64,000 nt of DNA from Penicillus capitatus (taxonomy: Eukaryota; Plantae; Chlorophyta), in NCBI GenBank assembly GCA_965649825.1, contig OZ287694.1, forward strand, positions 929,197 through 993,196. Reading direction: 5' to 3'. Positions 25,815 to 38,706 of the stretch are shown here, piece after piece. Each line of letters starts with the position of its first letter. The first letter of the stretch is position 1. The translations under genes were made by a program, and so were the position numbers. Below the pieces are notes generated by a model. It made no database searches. It was not told the origin of the DNA and saw nothing but the letters and a program-made list of their open reading frames with translations.

Positions 25815-28337
25815 ATGGCGAGCTTAAGCGTCGCCGACGTTCATATCGTTATCGTCTCTTTATTTCTTGTTTTCGGCGCAGCATTCTATGCCGCACTCAA
25901 ATCGAGAAAGCAGAAGCACGCAGCAGATGAATACTTCCTCGCCGGGCGTGCGATGCCATGGACGATCGTTGCAGCGTCTCTCTTTGCTTCAAACATAGGC
26001 CTTCTCCCTCCTTCTGTGTGCTTCCCTTCTTAAAATCCATCGCATTCCAGGAGCTGAGCATTTTGTGGGACAAGCCGGTGCTGCTGCTGCAGATGGAATG
26101 GCTATCAGTCTCTATGGTTTCTCAACAACACTCGATCCATTAGATCCAACACATTTGGCTTCCCAGAATGGACTGCTGCCTATCTTCTGTTGCTCCTTGG
26201 CTGGATCTTTGCTCCTGTCTTTCTGGGCGCCAAGCTTCAGACGATTCCTGAGTACCTGGAACGCAGATTCAACCAACACTGCAGGTTGACACGCGACACG
26301 CACTAAGCCTTGCTCGAAACTGAAGTCTGTGCTAGAGTCCTATTTGTATTGCTGACGATGGCAGCATATGTCGTGACGAAAATTGGCGCAACCCTGTACG
26401 CAGGAGGTGTCCTGTTGGATGTCATTGCGGGAATGTCGCTCTGGGAATCGACGCCTCTCATCATCATCGTCACAGCATCGTATACGATTGCCGGCGGCTT
26501 GACAGTACTTCAGATGTCATCATCCTCTGCCTTGCCATCACCCCTTGTGCCACAGGCAGTCATGTTTACGGACACCATTCAGACATGCATCTTCCTGTTT
26601 GGTGGCTTGCTGGGAACGGCGATCTCGCTCAATATGGTCGGAGGCCTGCACGGCATGTTCGATACGCTGAGCAGGGACGACATTGGACTTGAGCGGCTCC
26701 GTCACGCTCTGCGTCCTGCCGATGACAGAGATGTACCTGGGTAAGGCTCTTCTTCGTCGATCCTGTTCAGTGGAGGAACGCTAACAGGCTTGGAATGCTT
26801 ATTGGAATACCTGTCGTGAGTATATGGTATTGGTGCATTGATCAGGAAATGGTGCAACGAGTGCTCAGTTCTAAATCTCTGCCACAAGCAACGATGGGAA
26901 CCACTGTTGCCGCTCTTCTAAAAATGATCCCGCCTTTCATTACAGGCAGACCCTCCGCCAAGCGATTCTTACCATGACTCTGCTTTTCAGTTGTCCCTGG
27001 CTTGGTCGCTCGAACACTGTTTGAGCTCTGCATGGCAGACGACACTGGAGAAACGCATGCAGAATGGTGCACCACGGACTTGAGCGATTCCAAAGAGGCC
27101 GATCGTGCATATCCCCTTCTAGTGTTACGGGAATTTCCCAATGGCGTTCGAGGTCTGTCATGGTATGCCGATGAACTCTGTTCTCTACTATTCGTATCAC
27201 AGGTATTATGGTGGCTTCCTTTCTAGCGGCAATGATGTCATCATTGTCTTCTGTCTACAATTCAGCATCCACAATCTTTACGTATGACATTTATCAAAGG
27301 TTCTTTGACAAAGAAGGTAACGAAAGGCGACAGTATTGGCACAGCAGTCATCAACAAAGTCTGTTGAGGTTTTGCGTCTGAACAACATTTGGTGCAAGTG
27401 GGTCGAATCGTCACCGTTGTGCTTACAGGATTTACCTTTCTCTGGCTTCCTGTTGTCGATCAGTCCAGTCGAGGACTCTATGTGGTAGGAAGCTCAGTGT
27501 CGACGCATTCTTCGATGCGATTTCTTGTGGAGGTGGGACAAGAGGCAATGACGCATATCGTTCCAGCCATCTCTGCTCTGTTCGTTTGCGGAATCTTCGT
27601 TCCTTTTGCAAATGGAACAGGCGCATTGACAGGACTGATATCGGGCGTTGCACTTGGGATCACGCGCGCCATTCCTTACTTTGTTTTCCAAGATTACTGT
27701 GACGATCGTGTCGATGAAGATACACAAAGCCAAGTATGAGTGCACCCATACCATGAATCGATCGCCAGCTAATGTGGCACTTCTGCTTAGAGTTTCAATA
27801 GTTTTAATTGGATGGCCTGTCTGAACTTCAATTATTTTGCCATGGTGTTGTTCTTGTTCACATCTGGCGTGATCTGCAGTGTGAGTTGGTGGTCAGATCG
27901 ACCGAGCGAAAGTCAACTACAAGGTCCAAAGAGCTTGTTCACTCTGTATGAGAGGTTATCAAATAACGACGCCGGAATGCAGGTCTGATCTCGGTATTGG
28001 TTGCGAGACGAAGAAGCATCAATGGTGAGATTCAGATGACGAATCTCCAATACAGCGAGATGCAAGAAACGGATCGTGGAGTGTCAAATGGGTCAGTCCA
28101 TCACTCTCTTCTTTCTTTAACTGATAGCTAACGTATGGCGATTTTTAAAGGGAAATGGAAGACGCTGAGGCACAGGGAGATAAGGGCGCAGCATCCTCAT
28201 CTGATGGAGTGGAGTATGAATTTGCCTTCCGGAAAAGGCTATCGTCTTTCTTCAATGTCGATAACGGCTATGCGACTCATATCCTTGGAGCATGTGTTCT
28301 AATCAGCGTCACAATGCTGATTGCAGTTTTCCATTAA
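25815..28337 (+). CDS. Sodium:solute symporter (SSS/SLC5, SGLT/SMIT-like), multi-exon
   Basis: EYFLAGRAMPW...ASLFASNIG, AVMFTDTIQ, WYWCIDQEMVQRVLS, AMMSSLSSVYNSASTIFTYDIYQ motifs across exons. Confidence 0.9.
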
Positions 28338-28771
28338 CGGATGAGAAAAGAACGCTGTTTTGCTGCCAAGTGGCGGAGGAATGTAAGAAGCGGAAATGCA
28401 AATTGATGCTCGTCTGCAGACTGCATCTCTGTTAAGGCAACTCTTGATTGCTGGCAAACACCTTGCAAATCAAGGGGCACATTACTCTATTGTGTGTTGT
28501 CTTCTATAGACTGTCGTCTCCTATGGTTCTTTCTGACAGCCATTTCACTTAATTGACTGTGGCTCGATCTTCTCTCAGATTCGCTCGCACGATCGAACGA
28601 TACCGAAGGCAATCATGATGACAACTGCCATGAACAAAAACTTAATCATCGAAATGCGAATGCACTTCTTTGAAGGATTGTTGTTCATACGTACGTCTCT
28701 ATGCATAGATGAATGTCAGCGGCTTATCGACAGAAGGGGAACCACTGCCGCATTAGCAATGAAAGGGATTC

Positions 28772-29733
28772 CTACTGATCTTCCTTCTCAATCCAGACGT
28801 AGCAGACAAAAGAATTCTTGTCGTAGAAGCTGCGCTTCACTGTCCCACCTGCTTTGCGAACCAGTTCTTTAACAGCATCGAAGCTTCTCTTTTTCGTCGA
28901 ATACACAACCATTCTCTCTCCCTCTTCGAAAACATATTCCTTGTCACCCAATTTGACCACTTGACGCGATTTTGCAACGACATTGTGTTCGACTTGCGTT
29001 TCCTCGGGATTATATCCAGGTTTGTACTCGTAAGCACTCTTGTCGAAATTCGCTCCGTATTCTTTGTTCATCACATCGCAGATGCTTAGCATAAATTCTG
29101 TGAACTTGGGAGTGCTATAGGCCACGACATTTGTTTCGGGATTCTGGTTCGTGTCGAAAGACGCAAGCAATACCCCACCTTCTCCCAGAGCATCGATTGT
29201 GTATCTCAGGAGATCAATCGCCGCTAGAAGACACAAAACACAGATAACGAGAATCACACAAAAGTACACTCTTTACCGTCATCCTGGAAACAGCCGACCA
29301 TGCTGCAGGCTAGAAGTCCAAATCGCGTGTTTCCTGGCGGAAGCTGCATCGGCTTGAATACGTCGGCGACAAAACGATGGAATTTGAGGTCAGGGAACCT
29401 TGTTTTGAAGTTATCCTCCGCCACTTTCAAGACCTCTTTATCAACGTCAACGGCGACGAAAGATTCCAGATCTTCAAACGCCTCGAGAAGGGGAATGGAT
29501 TTGTCGCACAGACCGGCACAGAATTCCACAAACGTGCGGTTCTTTCCTGCAAGCTCAGCGATGTGCGCTGCATTGTCGGCGAGAATCGAGAGATCGTTGT
29601 AGTGCACGTAGAAAGCTTGTTCTTTGCTCCCGGCGTCAAAGAGCGCTCCCGAGTCGTCGTTGTATAGAAACGTGTGGTTCAATTTCTTCGGCGTGCTGGA
29701 GAGACCTTCCTGAGCAATGGATAAGGAATTCAT
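28772..29733 (-). CDS. EgtD/EasF-family (Methyltransf_33) SAM-dependent N-methyltransferase, divergent, copy 1 (~302 aa)
   Basis: Exons 29733-29277 and 29223-28772 (53-nt GT-AG intron). Collinear with EgtD: KKLNHTFLY..ALFD..YVHYNDLSIL..TFVEFCAG..DK..DVDKEVL..GGVLL.SFD..NKEY.ANFD..EEGERM. Confidence 0.8.
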
Positions 29734-30051
29734 TCCGCCGCCGGATATAGTACTCAATGGCGATGCAAATAGCTGCTGCTTATGGTCGTGAATGCGGCTT
29801 CAGCGCAGTACGACCATTAAATGTCTCGTAAGATGATCATCCAGACTGGTCCGCACGATCGAACGCTGAACGTCATCATGCTGACATTTACCATGAACAA
29901 ACACTTAACTTCATCTTCAAAGTACGAATGCATTTCTTTGCAGATTCACTGTTCAGCTTTTTCTCAAAAAATTCTGACTGTTCATCTGCTCGAAAAGCAG
30001 TGGCTCATCGACAAAAAAGGAGCTACTGCCATATTAGAAAGGAATGGATTC

Positions 30052-31013
30052 CTACTGCTCTTCCTTCTCAATCCAGACGTAACAGATGAAAGAATTCTTG
30101 TCGTAGAAGCTGCGCTTCACTGTCCCACCTGCTTTGCGAACCAGTTCTTTAACAGCATCAAAGCTTCTCTTTTTCGTCGAATACACAATCATTCTCTCTC
30201 CCTCTTCGAAAACGTATTCCTTGTCACCCAATTTGACCACTTGACGCGATTTTGCAATCATGTTGTGATCGACTTGAGACTCCTCGGGATTCCACGCAGG
30301 ACTATACTCGTAAGCGCTTTTGTCAAAGTTCGCGCTGTATTCTTTGTTCATCACATCGCAGATACTCAAGACAAATTCTTTGAATTTGGGAGTGAGATAG
30401 GGCATAAGCACTGTTTCGGGATTTTGGTTCGTGTCGAAAGATGAAAGCAATACCCCGCCTTCGCCCAAAGCATCGATTGTGCATCTCAATAGTGTAATCG
30501 CCGCTAGAAGACACGAAACACAGATAACGAGAATCACACAAAACTGTATTCTTTACCGTCGTCCTGGAAACAACCGACCATGCTGCAGGCTAGAAGTCCG
30601 AATCGCGTGTTTCCTGGCGGAAGCTGCATCGGCTTGAATACGTCGGCGACGAAATGATGGAATTTGAGTTCAGGGAACTTCTTCTTGTAGTTCGCCTCCG
30701 CCACCTTCAAGACCTCTTTGTCGACGTCGTTTGCGACGAAAGACTCCAGATCTTCAAACGCCTCGAGAAGGGGAATGGATTTGTCGCACAGGCCGGCGCA
30801 GAATTCCACAAACGTGCGGTTCTTTCCTGCGAGTTCAGCGATGTGTGCTGCATTGTCGGCGAGAATCGATAGATCGTTGTAGTGCACGTAGTAAGGTTGT
30901 TCTTTGCTCGCCGCGTCGAAGAGCGCTCCTGAGTCGTCGTTGTATAGAAACGTATGGTTCAATTTCTTCGGCGTGCTGGAAAAACCTTTATGAGCAGTAG
31001 TTAAGGAATTCAT
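30052..31013 (-). CDS. EgtD/EasF-family SAM-dependent N-methyltransferase, divergent, copy 2 (~302 aa)
   Basis: Exons 31013-30557 and 30503-30052. Same structure as copy 1, offset 1280 bp. Confidence 0.8.
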
Positions 31014-31372
31014 CTCGCCGACGGACACAACACGCTGCGACAATGCAAATAATCGATAGCTTGTGATCGTGAATGCGGCCTTTAGCGAAGGTTACGACCA
31101 TTAAATGCCTCGGAAGATGATCATCCTGATGCGCGCAGCACAGCAGAATCATCCACTGCATTCGTACGTCGAGAGTCCTTTCAGTAAGGCGGTGATCGCG
31201 AGTCGACCTATGAGAGCAATGTGCATCGAGATACAAGCCTCTGTCTGCATCTGCAGAAGGTAAGACAACAAACACACATCCAAGTGAACGCCTCAGGGAT
31301 CACTTAATCTTGTAGATCCATGTCTGCTCGTGTCCATTTCGAAAAGAAGTCAGTTGACGAGGCGCTTTCGAT

Positions 31373-32722
31373 CTAGAGAATCTGTCGCATATGGCTCACG
31401 AAGTCTTCGATAACGCTGTTCTTTTCGTCCACGGTGGAAAACTCGTATCTCCTCTGGTGTCCCGGAATCAATCTGAGAAAATCATACTCGCGTAATTTGA
31501 GCAGGCTCTCCAACTGCAGCTTCGGATCATCCTTGTTATACTCAAGCAGCATCGAAAAACTCTTCGATTTCTCAGAGTACAGAAAATGATCACCTATGTC
31601 CCACGCAAAAAAGACGGTGTGTATAGCAGAGATGGCACGTTCTCTGTCAAACCTGTGAACATCGATTTCGATGGTTTGTGAAACAAGCAGAGGGATCCTG
31701 GTGTGTGACCAGGTGTGAAAATAATCTCTAGCTCTTCCACATCCACATTGTCACCCATCGTCCACGGTCCCTCTCCTTCCAACTGAACCTCGCAGTCCTT
31801 TGTGTCTTCGTTGACATCCGATTTGTGAATGATTCGCGGAACATCATAGTGCCGTGCCCATTTTGCATGGTCTCCCACATCATCCCTGGCCAACAGAAAC
31901 GTCATTTCTGTTTTCGGGACGCCGCTTTCGATGGTGACATGTGTGTGAGAAAAATGACATCCACGCCGCCGAGGGCATCAAATCTCTGAACGAGGGTCGG
32001 ATGGAAGCGCGGCGAGTCCACAAGCACATTTCCATGCACGCTCTTAATGAAGTAGGAACTGGCAGCGTAGGCTGCTTCGTCTGTAAAGCCGCAGAAATAA
32101 ATCGTATCTGTCCCGGGCACTGGAATCGGAAATGTCTGCTGAGCACGGGTCAATTCTCCCAATTCTCGTCTCTTCACATGGATGGAGTAACTGACGCCAC
32201 AGAACAGACAACGGTCACTTCCACAGAGCACAGTAGGTGCGAGTGAGATACGTTGGACACGAAAGCAATGCTTGCATGCTGGCCAATCTCTCTTCGGCGT
32301 TTCTGGGTTGTCGGTAGACAGCTGATTGATTTTCCATCCGTGTAAAGACGTTCGGCGACATGAAGCGGCAGGTATCGCAGTCTACAGAACAACGTATGAG
32401 ACGGCCGGAGTGTTGTTGTCGGAGAACAACACCGATACAGGTATGATCGACATAGAACTCGCCAGGGACGTTTTCTGGTCTCGGTGCCCTACAATCCTTC
32501 GTCGGCGGCGCCTGTTTCGCTACACGACTGCGTAGAACGCGACGCGTCGACGCGTATCCCGTCGACTTCAACGGTAAAGCTTTCGGCACCTTGATCATCC
32601 CGCGTGTTACTGTTAATGGAATAGGGTACTGTTGAAGATAGAGAGCAGAAGGGATTCTGAAACATCGGGTTCAACCGTCGGGCAGACGAAACTTTGTAGA
32701 GACCGCCAGTCAGACTAGCCAT
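31373..32722 (-). CDS. Metallo-beta-lactamase-fold hydrolase with N-terminal ferredoxin-like (CxxCxxC) domain, plastid-type presequence
   Basis: EFYVDHTCIDCDTCRFMSPNVF, AASSYFI..GNVLVDSPRF, FLTH.DDVGDH, FTPGHTPGSLCL, FTGDH, LIPGH across exons. Stop at 31373. Confidence 0.85.
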
Positions 32723-33009
32723 GATTGCAATTTGAATCAGCGCACGCATTCGACACAACAGGCTTCCTATCAAAAGAAGCCCTTTGCTTCCTCTACGCTA
32801 TCCAAACGGAGACTGCCAAGAGCCAGAGCCCAAACTTGAGCTCGGTCTGTTCTCTAGTGGATTCATTGCCTCGCTCGTGGCTATAAGTTGTCGATTCCGC
32901 GTTTCTCCTTCGCGACTGCGCATCGCGTAGATGTGTTGCATAACAGAACGATGCTGTCACGTCAGCGACGTTGTACGACAGCTTTTCGTTCAGACGGAGG
33001 AGTCTCCAG

Positions 33010-33582
33010 ATGGCAAACGTTGTCGTGTATCATCCCATCACGGGCGTTCCCGAAGAATACAACGAGTTTCTCCCGCATGACAGTACAGAGTACAGGCAAT
33101 GGAAGGCGTCGCTGGGCGAGGGAGACACATCCAGTGGCAAAAACATCGATGGCAAGGTCGAAAACGAGAAGAAGCTGCCAGGAGGCAAGATACAGAAGAA
33201 AGTGGCGAGAGAAGTTGTTCTGGAAACGACAACGCGTAACAAGAAAAAAAGCATCACGACTGTTCATGGACTCGATGCCTTTGGTGTGAAACTCTCGGCA
33301 GCGGCTAAGGCATGTGGCAAGAAATTCGCTTCGGGGGCATCGGTCAACAAAACGGCCTCTGGACGCGAACGCATTGACATCCAGGTAAGTACCGCCCTCG
33401 CCTTTGGTCACCTTTTGTTGAGAGTGCGTGGTACGTAGGGAGACGTCTCCTACGAGTTGCCAGATTTCTTGCTGAGTCTATACGGCGATAGCGGACTGCG
33501 AAAACGCCATCTCTTTCAGATCGTCAACAAGAAGAAGGAAGCGGTTTACGATTCGGATTCGGACTCGGAGGACGCAACATAA
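33010..33582 (+). CDS. DENR: Density-regulated protein / TMA22 (SUI1-domain translation reinitiation factor)
   Basis: YHPITGVPEEYNEF, RNKKKSITTVHGLDAFGVKL, KKFASGASV, IDIQ|GDV; intron 33385-33438. Confidence 0.92.
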
Positions 33583-33625
33583 AAGGCCAATGTGTGATCT
33601 TGGATGCGTTTCCGCATAGAGAAGT

Positions 33626-35574
33626 CTATCTGTTGTAACGACCTTGGCGAAGTCGATTGCGGAGTTTGGATCGTTCGGTCGAGTTGGCCGAGGGCAGACC
33701 TTCGATCAGGCGCTGCAGCTCCTTTGGATCCACACCTTTGCCGATGGCAGATTGAATGACCTCCTCAACAGACAACGATTCTTCTTGCGCTTCGTCATCG
33801 AATAGCACATCTTCTGTCTCGTGCATAAAGTCCAGAGAGTCTGTCTCAGTCTCATCCACAAACTCCAGAGATTCTGTGTCATCCGTAAAGTTGATAGCTT
33901 CTTGTTCGGCAAGGCTTCGGACATCGACGGTTATTGTCTTTTCCTGTGCCGATGGAATGTCTCCCTTCTCTTTTATGTCATATCCAAAATTGTCTTTCAT
34001 GAAAGTACTGGCGTCTGAAACAAGTCCACTGAATACGGTGCTGCGCTTAACACCTTCTTCAACGATGTCAGGTTCTGTCGAGATAGGATAGACGTTTCCT
34101 GTCGATGGAGTGGTGGTGCGATCTTTCTTCTTTGGTGGCTTGTATGGTGGAGGAATTGTGACCGACGGTTTCTTGGGTCTCTGAGGTCTCTCCACTCCCA
34201 ATTCATCGCAGATCAAATCGTCCACGGCAGAGAGATCCGATACCGACAAAAGTGGTTTGTTGTTCGTTTGTGCATCTTTGCTGCTCGCATTGCCTGATCG
34301 ACGATTCTTTCTACCAGTGGCTGTGTTCGGGGTGCCTGGATTCGACTTCGTTCTGCTTTTCTTTTTTGTATCTTCCTCTTTCGAGGGAGCTGATTTTTTT
34401 GAACTTCGACGTTGCTGAGGTGGATTGCTGCGTTCTCTGCTTTTCGTTGCTGGCTTGGAAATGTCGTCGACGTCAAAGATTTCTTCCTTCAGGCCATCCA
34501 TCTTGACGTTCAAAACACCTGTCTTCTCATCTTCTTCCAAAACAGCCTCTCCAGACTGCAGCCCATCTTGGACAGTCTTCACACGTTTGGTGATCTTGTC
34601 GGCGTAGTAGCCTGGCAGGTCTGTAATGTCGTCCACCATTTTGTCCTTGATCTCCCACACATTCTTCTCCGGGTTCTTTCGATCGCGCTGCAACTTGATG
34701 GCATCCGCCAGGAGATTGCCCAGTTTCATGTTTCGCGTCTCGACGGAGGCAATCGTGCAGCAGACAGGCGGCAATCCGCTCTCTTCAATAACTTCCACCA
34801 CTACTGCCTGCGATTCAATAGGCAGTCCTCCAAACACAATCGTCCGACGAGAACCCCACGTCGCATCCCTACACCACCGCCACATCTCAGTCGTCAATGA
34901 CGACTGTTATCTCGATAAAGTCGAGGGATACACCTTTTCCAGGTAGAAGGCCGAGGTCCTGACCAGTCGGGTTCAGGCAGTTCCAGTGCTTGTTCGACAG
35001 ACATGTTCAGCACTTCTGTTCCGAAGACGGGGATGACCTTGACGTGTTTTCCCAACAGTTTGTCCACCGTCAGGCGCATCATTGGCAGTTCTTCCAGGTG
35101 AAACCCAGCAAGGAGAAGCACAGGTGGGCCAAAGTACTGTGCATCTCTCAGATCGGATTTGATATAGTCTGGGATGTCTTTGCGATTATCCAAGTATTCG
35201 TCAAAAGTAACATTGAATCCCTGCGGATCCGTCTGCTCCGGAGCCCAAGGGGGATGCTTTTCAAGCATCTCTTTGTCTTCGCCAATTTCCTAGACACCAA
35301 CATCCATAACACCTTTCCGACACAATAAAGAAGTGACCTTATAAAAGGCGTCATCCAACACAAGATCATCGAAATCGACAACGGCGTCATCCAGCACGGA
35401 ATCAGTTTCGTCATCGTCATCTTTTGAGTAATTTGCTTTGAATCGTTGCGTCCTCAATGGCAGGACCTTTTGAGATCGCCATCTCGAGCATTCTTGCCGC
35501 CGAGGGCGACACCATCTGCTGCCATGAACCTGTACTCGGTTCGGCTGAATCGACAGGCAACGCATTGCTTTCAT
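33626..35574 (-). CDS. DUF3783-like plastid-targeted protein with long acidic/low-complexity C-terminal extension
   Basis: Exons in ORFs 35290-35574, 34894-35268 and 33626-34897 join in frame (YK|EIGEDKEMLEKHPPW; WKR|DATWGSRR). GPPVLLLAGF and RTIVFGGL motifs. Confidence 0.65.
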
Positions 35575-36259
35575 CGGACTCGACGTCGTTCGTCAGCGGA
35601 TGCGTTAAGCTCCGCGCTTTTATCAATAAACTGCATATGACAGATTGCCCGAAGAGAAAACAAACACACCGTGCCCTCACTTTCTCGATCGTCTGTTTCA
35701 CAGCTTCTCTGCCGTTCACCAGAAGTTTCGTCACCTGTGTGCATCGGCATTCTGCCAAATGAGATTTCAGAGCTGTCGACACACACCACTTCTGGATCGG
35801 ACTCAAACCGCGCCTGTTCGAATTCCTTCCGTGCACTCTCACGCAACCGATCCCTCCTGCACAGGAAGTCTACGTGTCAACAGTCGCGTGGTAGGGATGA
35901 CCTTACCAGAGAACTCCAGCAGAATCCGGGAAATCAAACAAACGCGAACACCGCCACACTTCTCGATACCTACTCATACGACGCCGATTTGAAGAGAAGA
36001 TCCCTGGGATTGTCCATCGTCTACAGAGAGAGCGCTTCGCGCCGTGTGGTCAGAAGTGCCGTCGAAGGCCTCGAAGGTTGATGTCCCTATAGTGATGGAT
36101 GGATGCTCGTGGAGGAATGGAAGGATAGGCGGATATGCGCACCTTGAGTGTCTCTTCTAGAATCGTCTCGGCGTCGTCGATTTCCTTGATCGAGAAGCGT
36201 AAACGCTGAATCGTCGAGAAAGACGCGTCGAAAGAAGAAACGAAGGCTCTTCGCAACAT
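35571..36259 (-). CDS. LYR-motif (Complex1_LYR) family protein, 5 introns, not captured as one ORF
   Basis: Spliced: MLRRAF...TLK|GHQPSRPSTALLTTRREALSL|YREVWRCSRLFDFPDSAGVLW|RDRLRESARKEFEQARFESDPEV|VTKLLVNGREAVKQTIEK|FIDKSAEL...RVR*. Matches the plant LYR protein pattern. Confidence 0.8.
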
Positions 36260-36332
36260 TATGATGTGACGTCCCACAGCAACAAAAGAACGTGCGTGTG
36301 CACAGACAAAATCGAACCGCGCTTCGTCTCTC

Positions 36333-37386
36333 TCAGGCCGTCTCGTCACCCGCGTCCATGATCAGGTCTTTTTCCAGACCGAATGCGTCGCCGGTGCTCA
36401 CGGGCTTTCGAGAATTGTCTCCCGATGCCCACGTATGGTAATCTTTCTCTAACTGTGATAGGAATCTCGGCATGGCGATGTCGAGGATCTTGGCGAGCAT
36501 TCGTCCTCCCAGTCCATTGAACACCTTGATCGAGACGAGGGCGTTGATCCACCTTGGTACAATTCCCGCCACCTGTCAACATTACTCGCAATCGTCGATC
36601 GCCGATGTGACATGTCTCACCTGTACAATGCAATCTCCCGTGAGCTTCAACTCTCCCGTCTCTTCATCCTTGATATAGGAGACGTAATTCCTCATGTAAC
36701 AAGCAAAGCGTTCATTAGAGTCTGCTGCCGATTTTGAGCCTTCTAACTGTAGAATTCACACCTTCTCACACTTTTACTCACAAAAAGCAGAGAAGACATT
36801 CGTACGGTGCATTTCAGAAGTTGCACTTCGCATCCGGTGTCATGCGGCGTGACAGTCAGGATCATAACTGGCGTCATCTTGATACGGAAGAGACTCACGG
36901 TGCTCGTCTGTACTTTGAAAGTATTCTCGTCGAGTCTCTCCACTTTCTCGGCGTCCAAGACAGAATACTGACTCACTGGCAGTGTCATGTACTCCGCTAA
37001 GCAGCACACTCGATGACTTGGAGAGGGGATGTGAGGAGTGACGACATAGAGGCCGATCGCCTTCGGTAATGACACGACTGCATGCTTTCTTCGCCTGGTA
37101 GCGCGAGACGCGATGCCGATTCTTTTCGGTCATTGCAGAGGGATGCAAGTCGATCTCCTCTTCCTCCTCCACTGGGACACCATTTGTGGCCAGATCGTCT
37201 GCTGTGTCGTCAGAATTAGACAGAATCGCTTCCTAACAGCACCATCCGTCAGTACAGTTTCATGACGCAAACCTGCGTCGTGCATCTTGCTGACAAAGAA
37301 GACGCGGGAATCGTTCTGGAGCATTGCGCGTGAATGGGTGAGGTGACCGAGAGATGGAAATGTGACGTGGAGTGAAATGCGAGCAT
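36333..37386 (-). CDS. DUF1997-family (SRPBCC-like) protein, plastid-type presequence
   Basis: LAEYMTLPVSQYSVLDAEKVERLDENTFKV, PRFLSQLEKDYHTWASG. Start 37386 (MLAFHS...) inferred from splice compatibility. Confidence 0.75.
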
Positions 37387-37549
37387 GGCCCGCGTACAAC
37401 AGCAAGGCTGTCCGATCGACGGAGGTGGGCTCGGGTCATGACGACGATTCGAGGGACCGATCGGCGACAGGCGATGATGTGACGGCCAGCAAGAAGGAAG
37501 CAGATACCCGTGCCGAGCTTTTCGGGACCGCGAATCTGGTAGCCCATTG

Positions 37550-38656
37550 ATGTCTCGACCGAAATTCAAGAGCGGCGAGAAAGTTTTAGTGCCGCATACG
37601 GATAAGCACTACCCGGCCAAGGTGAGTCGGTCAGTCGTCCCGTCTCTGAAGCCCAAGGCATGTTTGTTCACTGGAGGTTCTGAAGTCTGAGGTGCGACCG
37701 GACGGCACGCGACACTACCTGCTGCATTATACAGTGCATCCTCTTTGTTTTTGACGGGAAAAGTGTGATATGGTGTGAGAAGGGATGGAATAAGAAATGG
37801 GATGAATGGGTGACCGAAGCCGAAATCCACCCATCCGCTTCACTCAAGATTTCCCTCCCGAAGAAACGCGAAGCTGTCGAGAAGCCGAAAGCGACGCCGC
37901 CACCCGAGAAGCAACAGAAGACTGAGATTCCCGAAAAGCCTGATGTCGTCCCCAAACCCCATCGAAAACGCAAAGCGGATCTCACGGACAAAGACGCACA
38001 ACTGCAGGTAGACTCAGCGATTTCGAGCGAGATTCTTTTTGCCAGAAACTGAACGCCGTAATGCAGTTGCAGTTAGAAATTCCTCCGATTCTCAAGAAGC
38101 AACTGTTGGATGAGTACGACATCGTTACATCCTCTCAGAAAACGGTGACCCTGCCACGCAAGCCCAATGCCATGCAGATCCTGCGGCAGTTCTACGAATA
38201 CGGCAAGAAAGAACTGCGTTGTACCAACAGTGAACTCCAGATGCTCATCACGGGACTAGAGGAGTACATCGACAAGACGCTCGAAGATTTCCTGCTGTAT
38301 GAGATCGAATGGAAACAGGCAGCACGGGTAAGAATCTAAACAATATCGACAGGGCTGGGTGGCTGATGTTGGTGCGTTCAAAGCTCTTGAGTGGTGGTGT
38401 CAGTGCTTCGTCCATCTATGGCGCAGAGCATCTGCTGCGTTTATTGGTCAAGCTCCCAGAACTGGTTCCGCACACGTCGGCGACATCACAGCAAGCAGCT
38501 GCCCTCAATGCTCGTCTCAGTGTGCGTTTCTCTGCGTTTGAGTCGTGCGTGAATGTGGTTGGTTGTATTGGGCAGGACTTTTTGGATTTCCTCGTCATTC
38601 ATCGACACACGTTCTTTTCTAACGTGAAGGATTACACGGAGGTATCAGACTATTAA
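37550..38656 (+). CDS. MRG1: MRG15/EAF3-family chromatin protein (chromo-barrel + MRG domain)
   Basis: MSRPKFKSGEKVLVPHTDKHYPAK, GWNKKWDEWV, LEIPPILKKQLLDEY, LLYEIE, SSIYGAEHLLRLLVKLPEL. Confidence 0.9.
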
Positions 38657-38706
38657 CGGCTGAGCTGTTCAAAAGAGTTTGGATGTACGACGTTGTGTGG
38701 GTTTAA

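Larger units (their letters stand above)
28700..31126. repeat. Direct tandem duplication, unit about 1.28 kb, covering the methyltransferase CDS, intron and about 100 bp of upstream DNA
   Basis: ~28700-29843 aligns with ~29980-31126, including shared upstream gtgaatgcggc...gaccattaaatg..tcg.aagatgatcatcc. Confidence 0.9.

Noticed and set aside
25815-32722. Transporter + methyltransferases + MBL hydrolase as a biosynthetic gene cluster
   Set aside because: The Fer4-MBL and SSS genes look like conserved housekeeping types. Adjacency in such a dense genome is not evidence.
37545-37552. Divergent ATGs only 2 nt apart (ORF 37260-37547 versus MRG)
   Set aside because: The DUF1997 exons join best from ATG 37386, giving an ordinary ~160-nt divergent gap.
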